The notes under the pieces were generated by a model that saw only the letters and a program-made list of their open reading frames with translations, was not told the origin of the DNA and ran no database searches. Below, piece by piece: positions 1-9,129 of a stretch of 64,000 bases of DNA (position 1 is its first letter; each line of letters opens with the position of its first letter). A program made the position numbers and the translations under genes. The stretch is from positions 1,116,001 to 1,180,000 of the forward strand of contig OZ025784.1 in the NCBI GenBank assembly GCA_964019425.1, read 5' to 3'. Origin of the DNA: Flectonema sp. DT1601 (Eukaryota).

Positions 1-19
1 ACCCAAAAACGATAAACGT

Positions 20-455
20 TTGAAACCAACAGCGTCAAGCCAGATCTCGGGCGACAAGCTGGAATGGTGCGGAGACAAAAGAATACGAGCTTATAGATAA
101 CGGGTCTAGTACATTACGTATGTAGACCAAATCTTGTCTAGGATTATTATGTAGCTAAGCTGTCGTTGGAATGGAAAGATCAGATACATAATCTGGGAAA
201 CAACAGCCAGACAATTAACAACACTAAAGCAACCTCTTCTTCTAAGCTATTCCAACGTAAAAAAAAAGACGTCAAAAAATTAACTGTCTTTAATTCAGAC
301 GAATACAGAAAACTAAAATAGATAACTAACTTCAGCAACACACATGACCCACTTATGTTACCAAAACTTGTTAAGTAAAGCAACCTGATGGTTGTTTTTT
401 TCTTTCTTTTTTTTTTTTTTTTTTTTTTTTGCTCTTTTTTTTTTTTTTTTTAATT
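20..455. repeat. Dispersed repeat, copy A (copy B at ~14218-14540)
   Basis: 289-385 (ctttaattcagacgaatacag...aagtaaagcaacct) is almost identical to 14316-14414; 21-70 resembles 14219-14268; both are followed by atggttgtttt...(T)n gctc(T)n. Confidence 0.85.
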
Positions 456-968
456 AGAAACCACATTACACAACCGACACGAGCTACAGAGTGAATAGCT
501 TCTCCAATATATCAAGCACACATTCGATCGCGTGCTGGGGTAATTTTGATCCGATACGAAAAGATTTATCTGGGAAGAATACAGGGCTGAGGTAGGGGAA
601 AGAACGAGCAAAAAAAAAAAAAAAAAAAAAAAAATGGGGGAAAAGGAAAAACGGGGGGGAGGTTAATTCTTTGATTTTTGCAAAATAAATTACAACCGTA
701 TTGTACCACATTAACATAAACGATAAATTTAGCAATCAACTGTGAACTACTGTGACTTAACTTACTCTTTTAAAGTAACTATTTAGGTTTTCGAGAGAAT
801 CAATCTACCTCTTTACCTCTATTCTCTCATCATCAGTAATAGTGTGAGTCTGAATAACCTTCAGTTAAGGCAAGTCTGGAGTGTAATTACTTTTCAAAAA
901 ATATGATCCTAAGAAAAATCTTATTATTGTCATCTTAATTACAGTTGAATACAGTCACAGCTCGTGGT

Positions 969-1188
969 AACAAGTTAGTATTAATAATTATCGTAGTAAC
1001 AAGTTAGTATTAATAATTATCAGTCAATCAAAAAAAAGGCAAAAGTTCGTAGGACAACAAACAAGTTGGTTTCGGGCTAAGATGAAAAACAATCTTTCTT
1101 CGGACCATTCCCCTTATCCAGCCCTCTTCAGCGAAGAAAGCAAGGGGGACACTGCGGTGTCAGGCCTGTCCTACAACAACAAGTTAGT
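969..1188 (-). mobile_element. Short non-coding, hammerhead-containing retroposon-like unit flanked by 11-bp direct repeats
   Basis: aacaagttagt occurs at 969-979, 998-1008 and 1178-1188; 29-bp tandem duplication at 962-1020; the end motif agttagtattaat...tatcagtcaa recurs at ~29123-29151. Confidence 0.5.
1049..1174 (-). ncRNA. Hammerhead ribozyme with non-circularly permuted strand order (copy 1)
   Basis: Minus strand: ctttcttcg-CUGAAGA-gggctgg-ataaggggaa-tg-GUC-cgaagaaag-13nt-ttagccc-GAAA-cca. Stem I 9 bp, stem II 7 bp (2 GU), stem III 4 bp, intact core and GUC site. Outer stem gtaggaca/tgtcctac. Confidence 0.75.
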
Positions 1189-1260
1189 TAGTTAGTTATC
1201 AAGTCCATCAGACCACCGAGTATCGGTTAGGTAGACACTCAAAGAGTACCGGGTGGCTCT
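1182..1260 (-). repeat. (TAAC)n-tailed retroposon 3' end; related copy at ~31508-31572
   Basis: Plus-strand (gtta)n run followed by accgagtatcg...ac.ctcaaa, shared with 31508-31572. Confidence 0.55.
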
Positions 1261-1656
1261 TCTGAACAAGAAACCTTTAACTACTTCAGAGCTAATTATA
1301 AATAACGGAACATTATTCAATGCTCAGTGAAAAGAAGATGAAGATTGATATCATTTTCTTAAGAAAAATGAATACCGTAAATAAACAAACACCATTAAAA
1401 AAAAACTAATCAAAACAAAACAAAAAACAAGAATTTTTTTTTTTTTTTTTTTTCGATGATAAAAAAAGACAGTTAATCTCAGCACAAAATACACAGTTTC
1501 AGATGTCAAAGGAACCGTGGCACATCCATTGCACATTCATCAAAAGGAAAGAAAATTGATAATCCACAAATGCCCTCGTCATAGCAGAGACAGGCTCTAT
1601 TTATGAATAAAATTTATAAATAAAATAATTTTGAAACAGCCGTGAAGCAGCTTCAA

Positions 1657-4600
1657 CTAGTCATATCCACTCAAGTATTTCCTGTAAGCTTTGTAATTAG
1701 TAACCCATCCAACCATGAAACTATTTACCTGATATGAGGTAAGTGTAATTGACCCGATGTGGTCATAATCAGCAGGCGCGTCCTCACTAACGACAAATGG
1801 CTCAGACATAGCAGTTAGTGAAAAGTCATACTTTGCAACCATTACGAAAGAACGACGGGCGAACTTATCATAAGCCACCCAGGCAACTACAATATAGTCA
1901 ACCAGTACTAGTACCTTCGGCTCAGTTGTTGAAGCTATGTTGGACCAGATAACAAACTGAATAGAATTAGGAACGACGTTACTAGAAAAGTCGATTTTAA
2001 ACAGCTGTATAACCAAATCAGATCCCCCAACAGCTGCATTCTCAATAGCATGAACTGATACCCAAATTCTATCCGGCAAGACACCCACAGCCGGCCCCAC
2101 ATCAAAGGCGGCATTCGTACCAATAACACCAACTGTCCCACCGATTTTCAGTATACTTGGAATGTGTGTAGAGCCGTCCATGTACGTCATAAAAAGCTCA
2201 CCATTCGCAAAGTGAAGCTTCGCATTGCGGTGATTACCGGCAATCGTCTGCGCTGCCCCATCAGCCACGTGAGGACTACCGATTATGAATTTGTGCAGGC
2301 GGATGCTGCCAGAGGCGAACGCCGCGATGAGGTGCAATCGAGTGGGGTCGGATGCTGACCATAGAATATCAGGATAGTGGACATTATTATCTATGAGTAA
2401 GGAAGTTATATAAGAACCAACATTATCGTATGTTGACAAGTGCAGACTTGCGTCATATCGGACAGCAGCGAACGAGAAACGTCCTTCAGTTCCAAACCCG
2501 GTTGCTGCAACATGTGTTGGCACGCTGTCAAGCATGACCGACGAAGAAGTCCCAATACTGGAACCACACGAGTCAAACACTTCTACCTTTACTGAGTCCA
2601 TATTATCTGAAGTAGACATCAACCACAAAGTGGTACCCGCAGTCGGGTGTGTGGCTGCGGCAACCCGCGCGCCCCGTAACTCGGAGTCAAAGATCGTCGT
2701 GAAGTCTTTCGAATACGTTCCGAACAGGGCAAAGTTAATTCCGTCTCCGCTTCCGTCTTCCCAACTGCTACCGTACACGATAACTGAACCATAATGTTGG
2801 TAGGATGTAATCGCAGGTGTGCCTTCATTGTAGTCGCCTACGGTGTCGACCTTTTTGTTCATTACCCCGGCGCTCACATCGAGAACCGAGTAGTAAATAT
2901 CGTAAAAAGATCCAACCCCAGCGCTGTACTGCCATGCAATTGAATAATGTCCGCACGGCAGACCCACGACAGCCGGAGACCGGTGGAACCCACTCGCGCT
3001 TCTCTGAATCGTGAACTCGTCTTGTAACTTCACCCTGGCGACGGAGAATGTGGTCGCGTAGATACCGTTCTCGTTGCTTCCGTCTCCGCCCGTCAGTGAA
3101 AGCCAGCAGAGTAAGTGGCCTCCGATGCCTGTTCCGATCGCCACGTCTTTTTGGCTGCCGTCGGTGACCCCGTTCAGCACCTCGTCCCCGGAATCCTGGA
3201 ACACACCAGCCCCGTTTATCCATCTAAAAAGGACATCCCATCTGCTGTTCAGACCTTGCCAGGCTATCACAAACTGATTTGTCGGATCGTAAATAGAGAT
3301 GGCAGCGATGGCAGGCTTCATGTGCGGTCCTGTGCCACTGTTCACTACGAAGTCCGTCGTACTCACTCCCAGGATGAAACCGCGAATCTCATACTCAGTT
3401 GTGATGTACGCTTCCCAAACAATCATCGTGTTGTCTGCTGTACAGGCAACTTTCGGCCTTCCACCCCTCACTAAAGTGGAAGTAGAAATCGTAGTAGCCG
3501 AACAGCAAGAGGAAGGGTTGAACGTAGCGTGTCTGATGCTTACTTGATAACCAACCGTCTTCTGCCATACAATGTGAAGAGTATCATCACGTGCAACAGC
3601 AACATCGGGATAACTTTGATCTCCGACAGCAGAGTCATAGACCATGCGTACGCTCGTAAGAACACCACGAGCTGAATAAAATCTGAGTACTAATCGGGGT
3701 GCCGCGAGATTTGTGGTCGAGTATGCGACTACAAAAGATCCGTCTGAGAAACTGGCTGTGGCGGGGTCGACCTGCCTGTGATAAGTGTCTTGCAAATTCA
3801 ACCTCATGTCAGTCTTATCTGGCACCGGGGTACTCGGAGCTGATGTTTCTGGTGCTGGCGTGTCAGGTGCCGGAGTAGGTGGTTGACCGCTAACGACCTC
3901 TCCAGGAAACAAGTGACCCACAGCTCCATTACCTGACGTCCACAATACAAGAAATTCGGAATTACCGTTCGCTACCGCAATTGGAGCTCCTGTATCCTTT
4001 CTAAAGCCAAGTATGTTGTGGACTTCACTTCCAAGTTTTGCCCCATTATTAAATACCTGATACAAGACGCTATGGAGGCCTCTGTAATTCACCACGAATG
4101 CGGTCGGGGACACCATAGCTGCGACGTGTGGCGAGCCCTGCGCCTTCTTGTTGTTGCTGACATTAATTTCATCTCCGAGTGTTCCAGATCTAGATATTGG
4201 ACGACCGAGAATCTGGTCACCTGAAACGTAGGCCGCGAAGAATGAACCGTCGCGGAGGCACGCAATGGAAGGTTGGCGTTGCAGATTAGTTGTTTCAGTG
4301 TTTAGCATTCCAGAAGACAACAATGCTCCACTATGAGACACAATGTACATCATAACACAATTATCAGTATCTAATGGAACACATGAAGTCCTTTCAGCAA
4401 CAACTATAAATATATCTCCGTTTGATGCAATGCTTGGTGGAGTGTCGTGTACAATAGTCCCATCATTCTCTAAAACAATACTACCTCGAAACAGTGAGTA
4501 CCATTCGAATAAGAATAGATTTAGAAATCCAGAAGTCTCTGTCCACGCTGCTGCAACGTCTCCCGCCCACGTGGATGTGGCAACAATATGCTTAGCAAGA

Positions 4601-7600
4601 GTAAGTGATATAGGATAGTTATAAGTGTATGTTACTGTCGCTGGCACAGTAACTGCACGAACCTGCAAGTTAGACCTATCGGAAGATATAGAAATTAACA
4701 CGACATTATTCCACACGTTAGTCATCGCGCAGGCCACACCAGAAACGATCATCTGTTCTGTCTTTGCAAATGTAGGCCCCGTTTCAGAAGTCGTAAAGAA
4801 GTCAATGTAGAAATCATACGGTGATGCTGCCTTTGCAAACATCATCACAATTTCACCGGTTTCCATACTTACTGCTGACAGCTGCACATCAGGTGTGCTA
4901 CCCAATGTTTCATCAGTCTTTAAGTAAGTCTTTATCTCCATATCGCGTAGTCTCCCATTGAGCAGGGGATCGTTCTCGTATCCAGACCTTCCCAAGTCTG
5001 AATCTAATGTTGTTCTTCCTTTCAATATGCCACTCGTTTGTGCAGACGCTGCTAATACAGGTGCGGTCATTTGTCCTACAGAAAGGGACAGCATTCCGGA
5101 TCTCGTTATTTGCACTTCAACTGTGTATTCTGTATTTGCTACAAGAGGAGGGGGGTTGATAGCAGCAATCCCATTTAAGTCGTTGTCGTAGATTTCCACA
5201 AACAACCGGTTGGAAGCGTCTATAAGAATTGCACTACAAGTTGGACATGAATTACCAGTAATGGTTCCCATCGAGAATATCCGAGCGAAATTAGCTACTG
5301 AAAACACGTTGACAGTAAGTTTAAAACGAAAAATGAACCCGAAGCACAGCAGATCACTATCAGTCAAGCGTAAACTCCTGTACTGCCGCACAGCTGTACC
5401 CAGAGTGAGATCCTGAGACGGAAGATCTGCGAATGCCAGTGGCACCAATCGAATCCAAACATCAGAACCTCCATGATCGTCAAGAATTCTCAAGTTATCA
5501 TTACTGCCCTCTCTGTATAATAACGGTTCGGTACTACTTCCCACCAAGTTTATATTAGAAAGAGTAGGACCATTAGCATCGTTACTCCACGCAAGTTGGT
5601 GCGGAAATGGGTTCAGATTACTTGCAATGACGTCTCTGATTGCAAGAGTGTACGGAGTCCCTCCTATGACACTTTGGGATGTTGCTTGAACCCAATTCTT
5701 ACAATCACCACTTGAGAATAAGAATTCATCATTTGGTAACCCGTTCCAAGGTATTGTCCATTCAGCGAGGTCTATGCTAATCACTGCAGCCTCAGCCGGA
5801 GTCCCTATATCCGGTACCCCGGAAAGACTATCCGTGAATGAGTACCACCCAATACCGGATCCAATATGTCTAACTTTTACCCACGCACCTTCATTGATTA
5901 CTTCACAGGTGCTGTATCCGTTATACTGTGGAACGTCTGCGTAGATAATGTGCATCGCCGTGCCAGCTGCTGAGAGCCAAACAAATAACGCACTATGGAT
6001 ATCAGCAGAAACACCTCCAGGGGAAGTCACTTGAACGTGAGAAGGAAAGTCAGATGTGATTTCTTTCCTGTTTGTAGTCTGAGGAACAAATGGGTCAGTA
6101 TTAAATGTGAGCTTAAATGGCGGCGTGTCGAGAACTACCACAATGCTTCCCAGCAGAAACGTAATCTGAACACCACCAGTTGATAGCTGGGCCAAATTCG
6201 TTGCTTCTTTTCCACCGACGCTGGTGTCGAGGTCGTATGAGTAAGTTTCTGGATAACCGATATCTCCAAGAAGTGACAACACAATGGTGTTATCACCCGA
6301 AACGAATGAAACCGCGAATTGCCCAATGTCCAGCAGCTTCAAAGAAGGATGTTTCTGGACGTTGCTTCCGGCCCCAGCCGTACCTTTGACATGATAATTT
6401 CCAATTAATCTGCCAGACTTCATGTCTAATGAGTACGACGTGATGCACGCTAAAGACGATGCTTGACAAGATACTTGCTCTGCAACAACAACAGCAACCT
6501 TGCCATTAGCATCGGATGACAATCTAGAAGGTTTATCAGCGTTACCTGATCTGACTAAAGCTTGAATGATTGGAACTGCCGGGTGAACGACAGAATGATC
6601 AGAAACAGCAAGACCCACAACACGCAATGTACCCGAAGAATCTGACCACCAGACAGCATACGTGCTGCTGTCTTTTGAGGCTGCTACCGATATGGCTCGT
6701 CCAGTTGTGACGTCCAGAGCCGGTACAACAACCGTTGTCTGAAGTTGCGGATCCGCGAAAACCGTATCGAAGGTGTACGACTTCACTTCCATGGTTCCTG
6801 ACAACAAACAGACGAGTACAAACGTGTTGTCTGCAATAGATCCAATATCGCAATCAACAGCACTAGCGTGGACTATGTTAGTAAATTTGTATTCTGTGTA
6901 TTCACCCATTGAACGAGAAGAAATACTTATCTCAAAGCTATTCTCAGCTTGCTTCACCCCCGACATAACCACAATGCGAGTGTTAGGGAATGCGAAAGGA
7001 ATAACAAAAGAACCAGCTGCCCCAGTGTATTGTGGAGTGTAGGTATACGGTCTAATTGTCAAATTATCAATGTCACCATGCCACCTCCCTTCAATACTAC
7101 TCCCACTACGTGCGATGTAACTTAACAAGTGATCAACTTCCCACACTGCAGGGGTCAGTGGAGAGGGAGCAGATGTGACTACTACCCTCCCGTCTCTTCT
7201 CATTTCATTCCCACTTCTTGACATTTTAATTCTGTATTTGTACAGCGACCCGATAGCAAGGGTGTCTGGATCAACTAAAGTCACTGCGTTGCAGGAAAAC
7301 CTCATTTGCGTCGTAGTACCTATCAAACCAAAATTACACGTTGTCGTAGTCGTAGTCGTTCTAAGGGCTGCTAGAGGAGTGTAAATTGGAACAGAAATGC
7401 TAATAACTTTTGCCTCTGAGTTTACCACCAGTATTCTGATTGAAACTTCCATTTCCATTCCGTAAACCATTCGTCGCGCAGCAGTGTCTTCAATATTATC
7501 ATATCCGACGAGAGTACCTACATATTGGTGAGTTCTCGAGGATAACTGAGATAAAGGAATTGGTGTCTTTCTGATCCAGACATTAAGCCCTTCATTTTGA

Positions 7601-8070
7601 TTTTGATACGCAGAGCGAGGCCGTGGAACCTCAGCATAGAGTCTTGGGGTTAATGGATCGCTGACTGTTGGATCTTCTGGAGCAACTGTGTTGCTGATTT
7701 CAACTGGATGGGGAGTAGGATCTAAATTACTTCCGAGTGAAGGTCTTAGAGATGTAGAATAAGGAACTCCTGTAAACTGATCAATAGCTACAGCAACCCA
7801 CTTGGTACAGTCCCCAGATGAGAACATAAAATCGTTGTACAGGGCAGGGTCAAATGAAACAGACCATGGTCCGTCGGTAGATGTTGGCGGGTTAGAGGGT
7901 GTGCCAAAGGTTCCCCCTCCACCACTAAGGGTATCCGAGGGAAACGATGTAGCCATTGGGTCGTCGTCTACATGGCTGACCATTTCCCATCCTCCCTCCA
8001 ACAATGCTTTACAGAAGCTAAACCCATCCGCTGCTAGTGACAGCGAAGTGAGTAACACCACTCCAGTCAT
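1657..8070 (-). CDS. Large secreted multi-domain protein (2137 aa): duplicated 'FSSGDC' module, LamG-like domain, Pro/Thr linker and beta-propeller-type repeats
   Basis: N-terminal hydrophobic signal; duplicated module W..V.H...GTP...F.FSSGDC..WV...SNL.P.PH; repeats Q..P.(V/I)A...DG.FVVA(W/Y); PTPAPDTPAP linker; tttttcAG acceptor 8 nt before the ATG. Confidence 0.9.
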   Translation of the reverse strand: MTGVVLLTSLSLAADGFSFCKALLEGGWEMVSHVDDDPMATSFPSDTLSGGGGTFGTPSNPPTSTDGPWSVSFDPALYNDFMFSSGDCTKWVAVAIDQFTGVPYSTSLRPSLGSNLDPTPHPVEISNTVAPEDPTVSDPLTPRLYAEVPRPRSAYQNQNEGLNVWIRKTPIPLSQLSSRTHQYVGTLVGYDNIEDTAARRMVYGMEMEVSIRILVVNSEAKVISISVPIYTPLAALRTTTTTTTCNFGLIGTTTQMRFSCNAVTLVDPDTLAIGSLYKYRIKMSRSGNEMRRDGRVVVTSAPSPLTPAVWEVDHLLSYIARSGSSIEGRWHGDIDNLTIRPYTYTPQYTGAAGSFVIPFAFPNTRIVVMSGVKQAENSFEISISSRSMGEYTEYKFTNIVHASAVDCDIGSIADNTFVLVCLLSGTMEVKSYTFDTVFADPQLQTTVVVPALDVTTGRAISVAASKDSSTYAVWWSDSSGTLRVVGLAVSDHSVVHPAVPIIQALVRSGNADKPSRLSSDANGKVAVVVAEQVSCQASSLACITSYSLDMKSGRLIGNYHVKGTAGAGSNVQKHPSLKLLDIGQFAVSFVSGDNTIVLSLLGDIGYPETYSYDLDTSVGGKEATNLAQLSTGGVQITFLLGSIVVVLDTPPFKLTFNTDPFVPQTTNRKEITSDFPSHVQVTSPGGVSADIHSALFVWLSAAGTAMHIIYADVPQYNGYSTCEVINEGAWVKVRHIGSGIGWYSFTDSLSGVPDIGTPAEAAVISIDLAEWTIPWNGLPNDEFLFSSGDCKNWVQATSQSVIGGTPYTLAIRDVIASNLNPFPHQLAWSNDANGPTLSNINLVGSSTEPLLYREGSNDNLRILDDHGGSDVWIRLVPLAFADLPSQDLTLGTAVRQYRSLRLTDSDLLCFGFIFRFKLTVNVFSVANFARIFSMGTITGNSCPTCSAILIDASNRLFVEIYDNDLNGIAAINPPPLVANTEYTVEVQITRSGMLSLSVGQMTAPVLAASAQTSGILKGRTTLDSDLGRSGYENDPLLNGRLRDMEIKTYLKTDETLGSTPDVQLSAVSMETGEIVMMFAKAASPYDFYIDFFTTSETGPTFAKTEQMIVSGVACAMTNVWNNVVLISISSDRSNLQVRAVTVPATVTYTYNYPISLTLAKHIVATSTWAGDVAAAWTETSGFLNLFLFEWYSLFRGSIVLENDGTIVHDTPPSIASNGDIFIVVAERTSCVPLDTDNCVMMYIVSHSGALLSSGMLNTETTNLQRQPSIACLRDGSFFAAYVSGDQILGRPISRSGTLGDEINVSNNKKAQGSPHVAAMVSPTAFVVNYRGLHSVLYQVFNNGAKLGSEVHNILGFRKDTGAPIAVANGNSEFLVLWTSGNGAVGHLFPGEVVSGQPPTPAPDTPAPETSAPSTPVPDKTDMRLNLQDTYHRQVDPATASFSDGSFVVAYSTTNLAAPRLVLRFYSARGVLTSVRMVYDSAVGDQSYPDVAVARDDTLHIVWQKTVGYQVSIRHATFNPSSCCSATTISTSTLVRGGRPKVACTADNTMIVWEAYITTEYEIRGFILGVSTTDFVVNSGTGPHMKPAIAAISIYDPTNQFVIAWQGLNSRWDVLFRWINGAGVFQDSGDEVLNGVTDGSQKDVAIGTGIGGHLLCWLSLTGGDGSNENGIYATTFSVARVKLQDEFTIQRSASGFHRSPAVVGLPCGHYSIAWQYSAGVGSFYDIYYSVLDVSAGVMNKKVDTVGDYNEGTPAITSYQHYGSVIVYGSSWEDGSGDGINFALFGTYSKDFTTIFDSELRGARVAAATHPTAGTTLWLMSTSDNMDSVKVEVFDSCGSSIGTSSSVMLDSVPTHVAATGFGTEGRFSFAAVRYDASLHLSTYDNVGSYITSLLIDNNVHYPDILWSASDPTRLHLIAAFASGSIRLHKFIIGSPHVADGAAQTIAGNHRNAKLHFANGELFMTYMDGSTHIPSILKIGGTVGVIGTNAAFDVGPAVGVLPDRIWVSVHAIENAAVGGSDLVIQLFKIDFSSNVVPNSIQFVIWSNIASTTEPKVLVLVDYIVVAWVAYDKFARRSFVMVAKYDFSLTAMSEPFVVSEDAPADYDHIGSITLTSYQVNSFMVGWVTNYKAYRKYLSGYD

Positions 8071-9129
8071 TTTGAAGTCTGAAAAATTAAATATCGGTTT
8101 TGTAATATGAATAACCTACTCACACACTACTATTTGATTACTTCTACTTCAAGGTACTATAATTATGTGTCATGTACACACCAATTCTTGAATATAAATC
8201 TCTGCAAAAAAGAAATAAGATAAACAAAACACAATTGGTTACTTTTTTTCTGTTATATTTTTGCTTTTTTGCTTTTTTTTTGTGGGTGGCATAAGAGCCT
8301 CCGAGAAAAAGGGAGGTATTATTCTTGAGAGAGAGATTACGCGGAGAAAAAAAAAAAGAAAAGACAGCCAATAATATTAGTATTATTCCACGACAAAGAT
8401 AAAGTACTCGGTAAGTGGCTACTTAATTAGCTGCTTATCAAAGGCGTATCGTTTTTTTTTTTTTTTTTCTTTTTTTTTTTTTTAATTGATGTGATAAGGC
8501 TGATGCGTGTTGAAGAAGACTGTTCCACTAGTCACGTGCTGAAACGCAAGCCCAGTGTCTATGTCGTACCGCAACAGCTACATCAGCCTATCACACTGTG
8601 CCACTGACTGGTGGATTTTTCACGTACGGAATAGTAGTGTATGCGCTCGGCTACTTCAAGCGCGCTACTCCAGTGACGATCCGCCGTAGAATCAGCACTT
8701 GATCGGTAGTAATAACATAGAAATAAAAAAAAAAACATAATAATTATAAAAAAGACGAAAAAAAAAACGAGAGAAAAAAAAAAAAAAAAAGCACGCCAAC
8801 TTGAGAGAAAAGCATGCCAGAGTAGAGTTATGCCGTTGAAGCAGTAAAAGGCCGACTCAACATCAGCCAGTGAACACCAACACATGGTGGAAAGACATGA
8901 AAAGGAAAGAGAGAGAGGAAACAGAACCTTTTCTTACTCTATCATCACATATTAACGATAAAACCCATAGGTAGCAAATTAAGTCATGGTGCCGTAAGAC
9001 TATAATTTTTTTTTTTCCCCAATTTGAGGGCCTCACGACATACAATGAAAATAAAGAAACTGCGTTTTATAGGGAGAAGGAAAAAAAAAAATTAACAAAC
9101 AAAACATCCTTTTTTTTTTATTTTATGCT

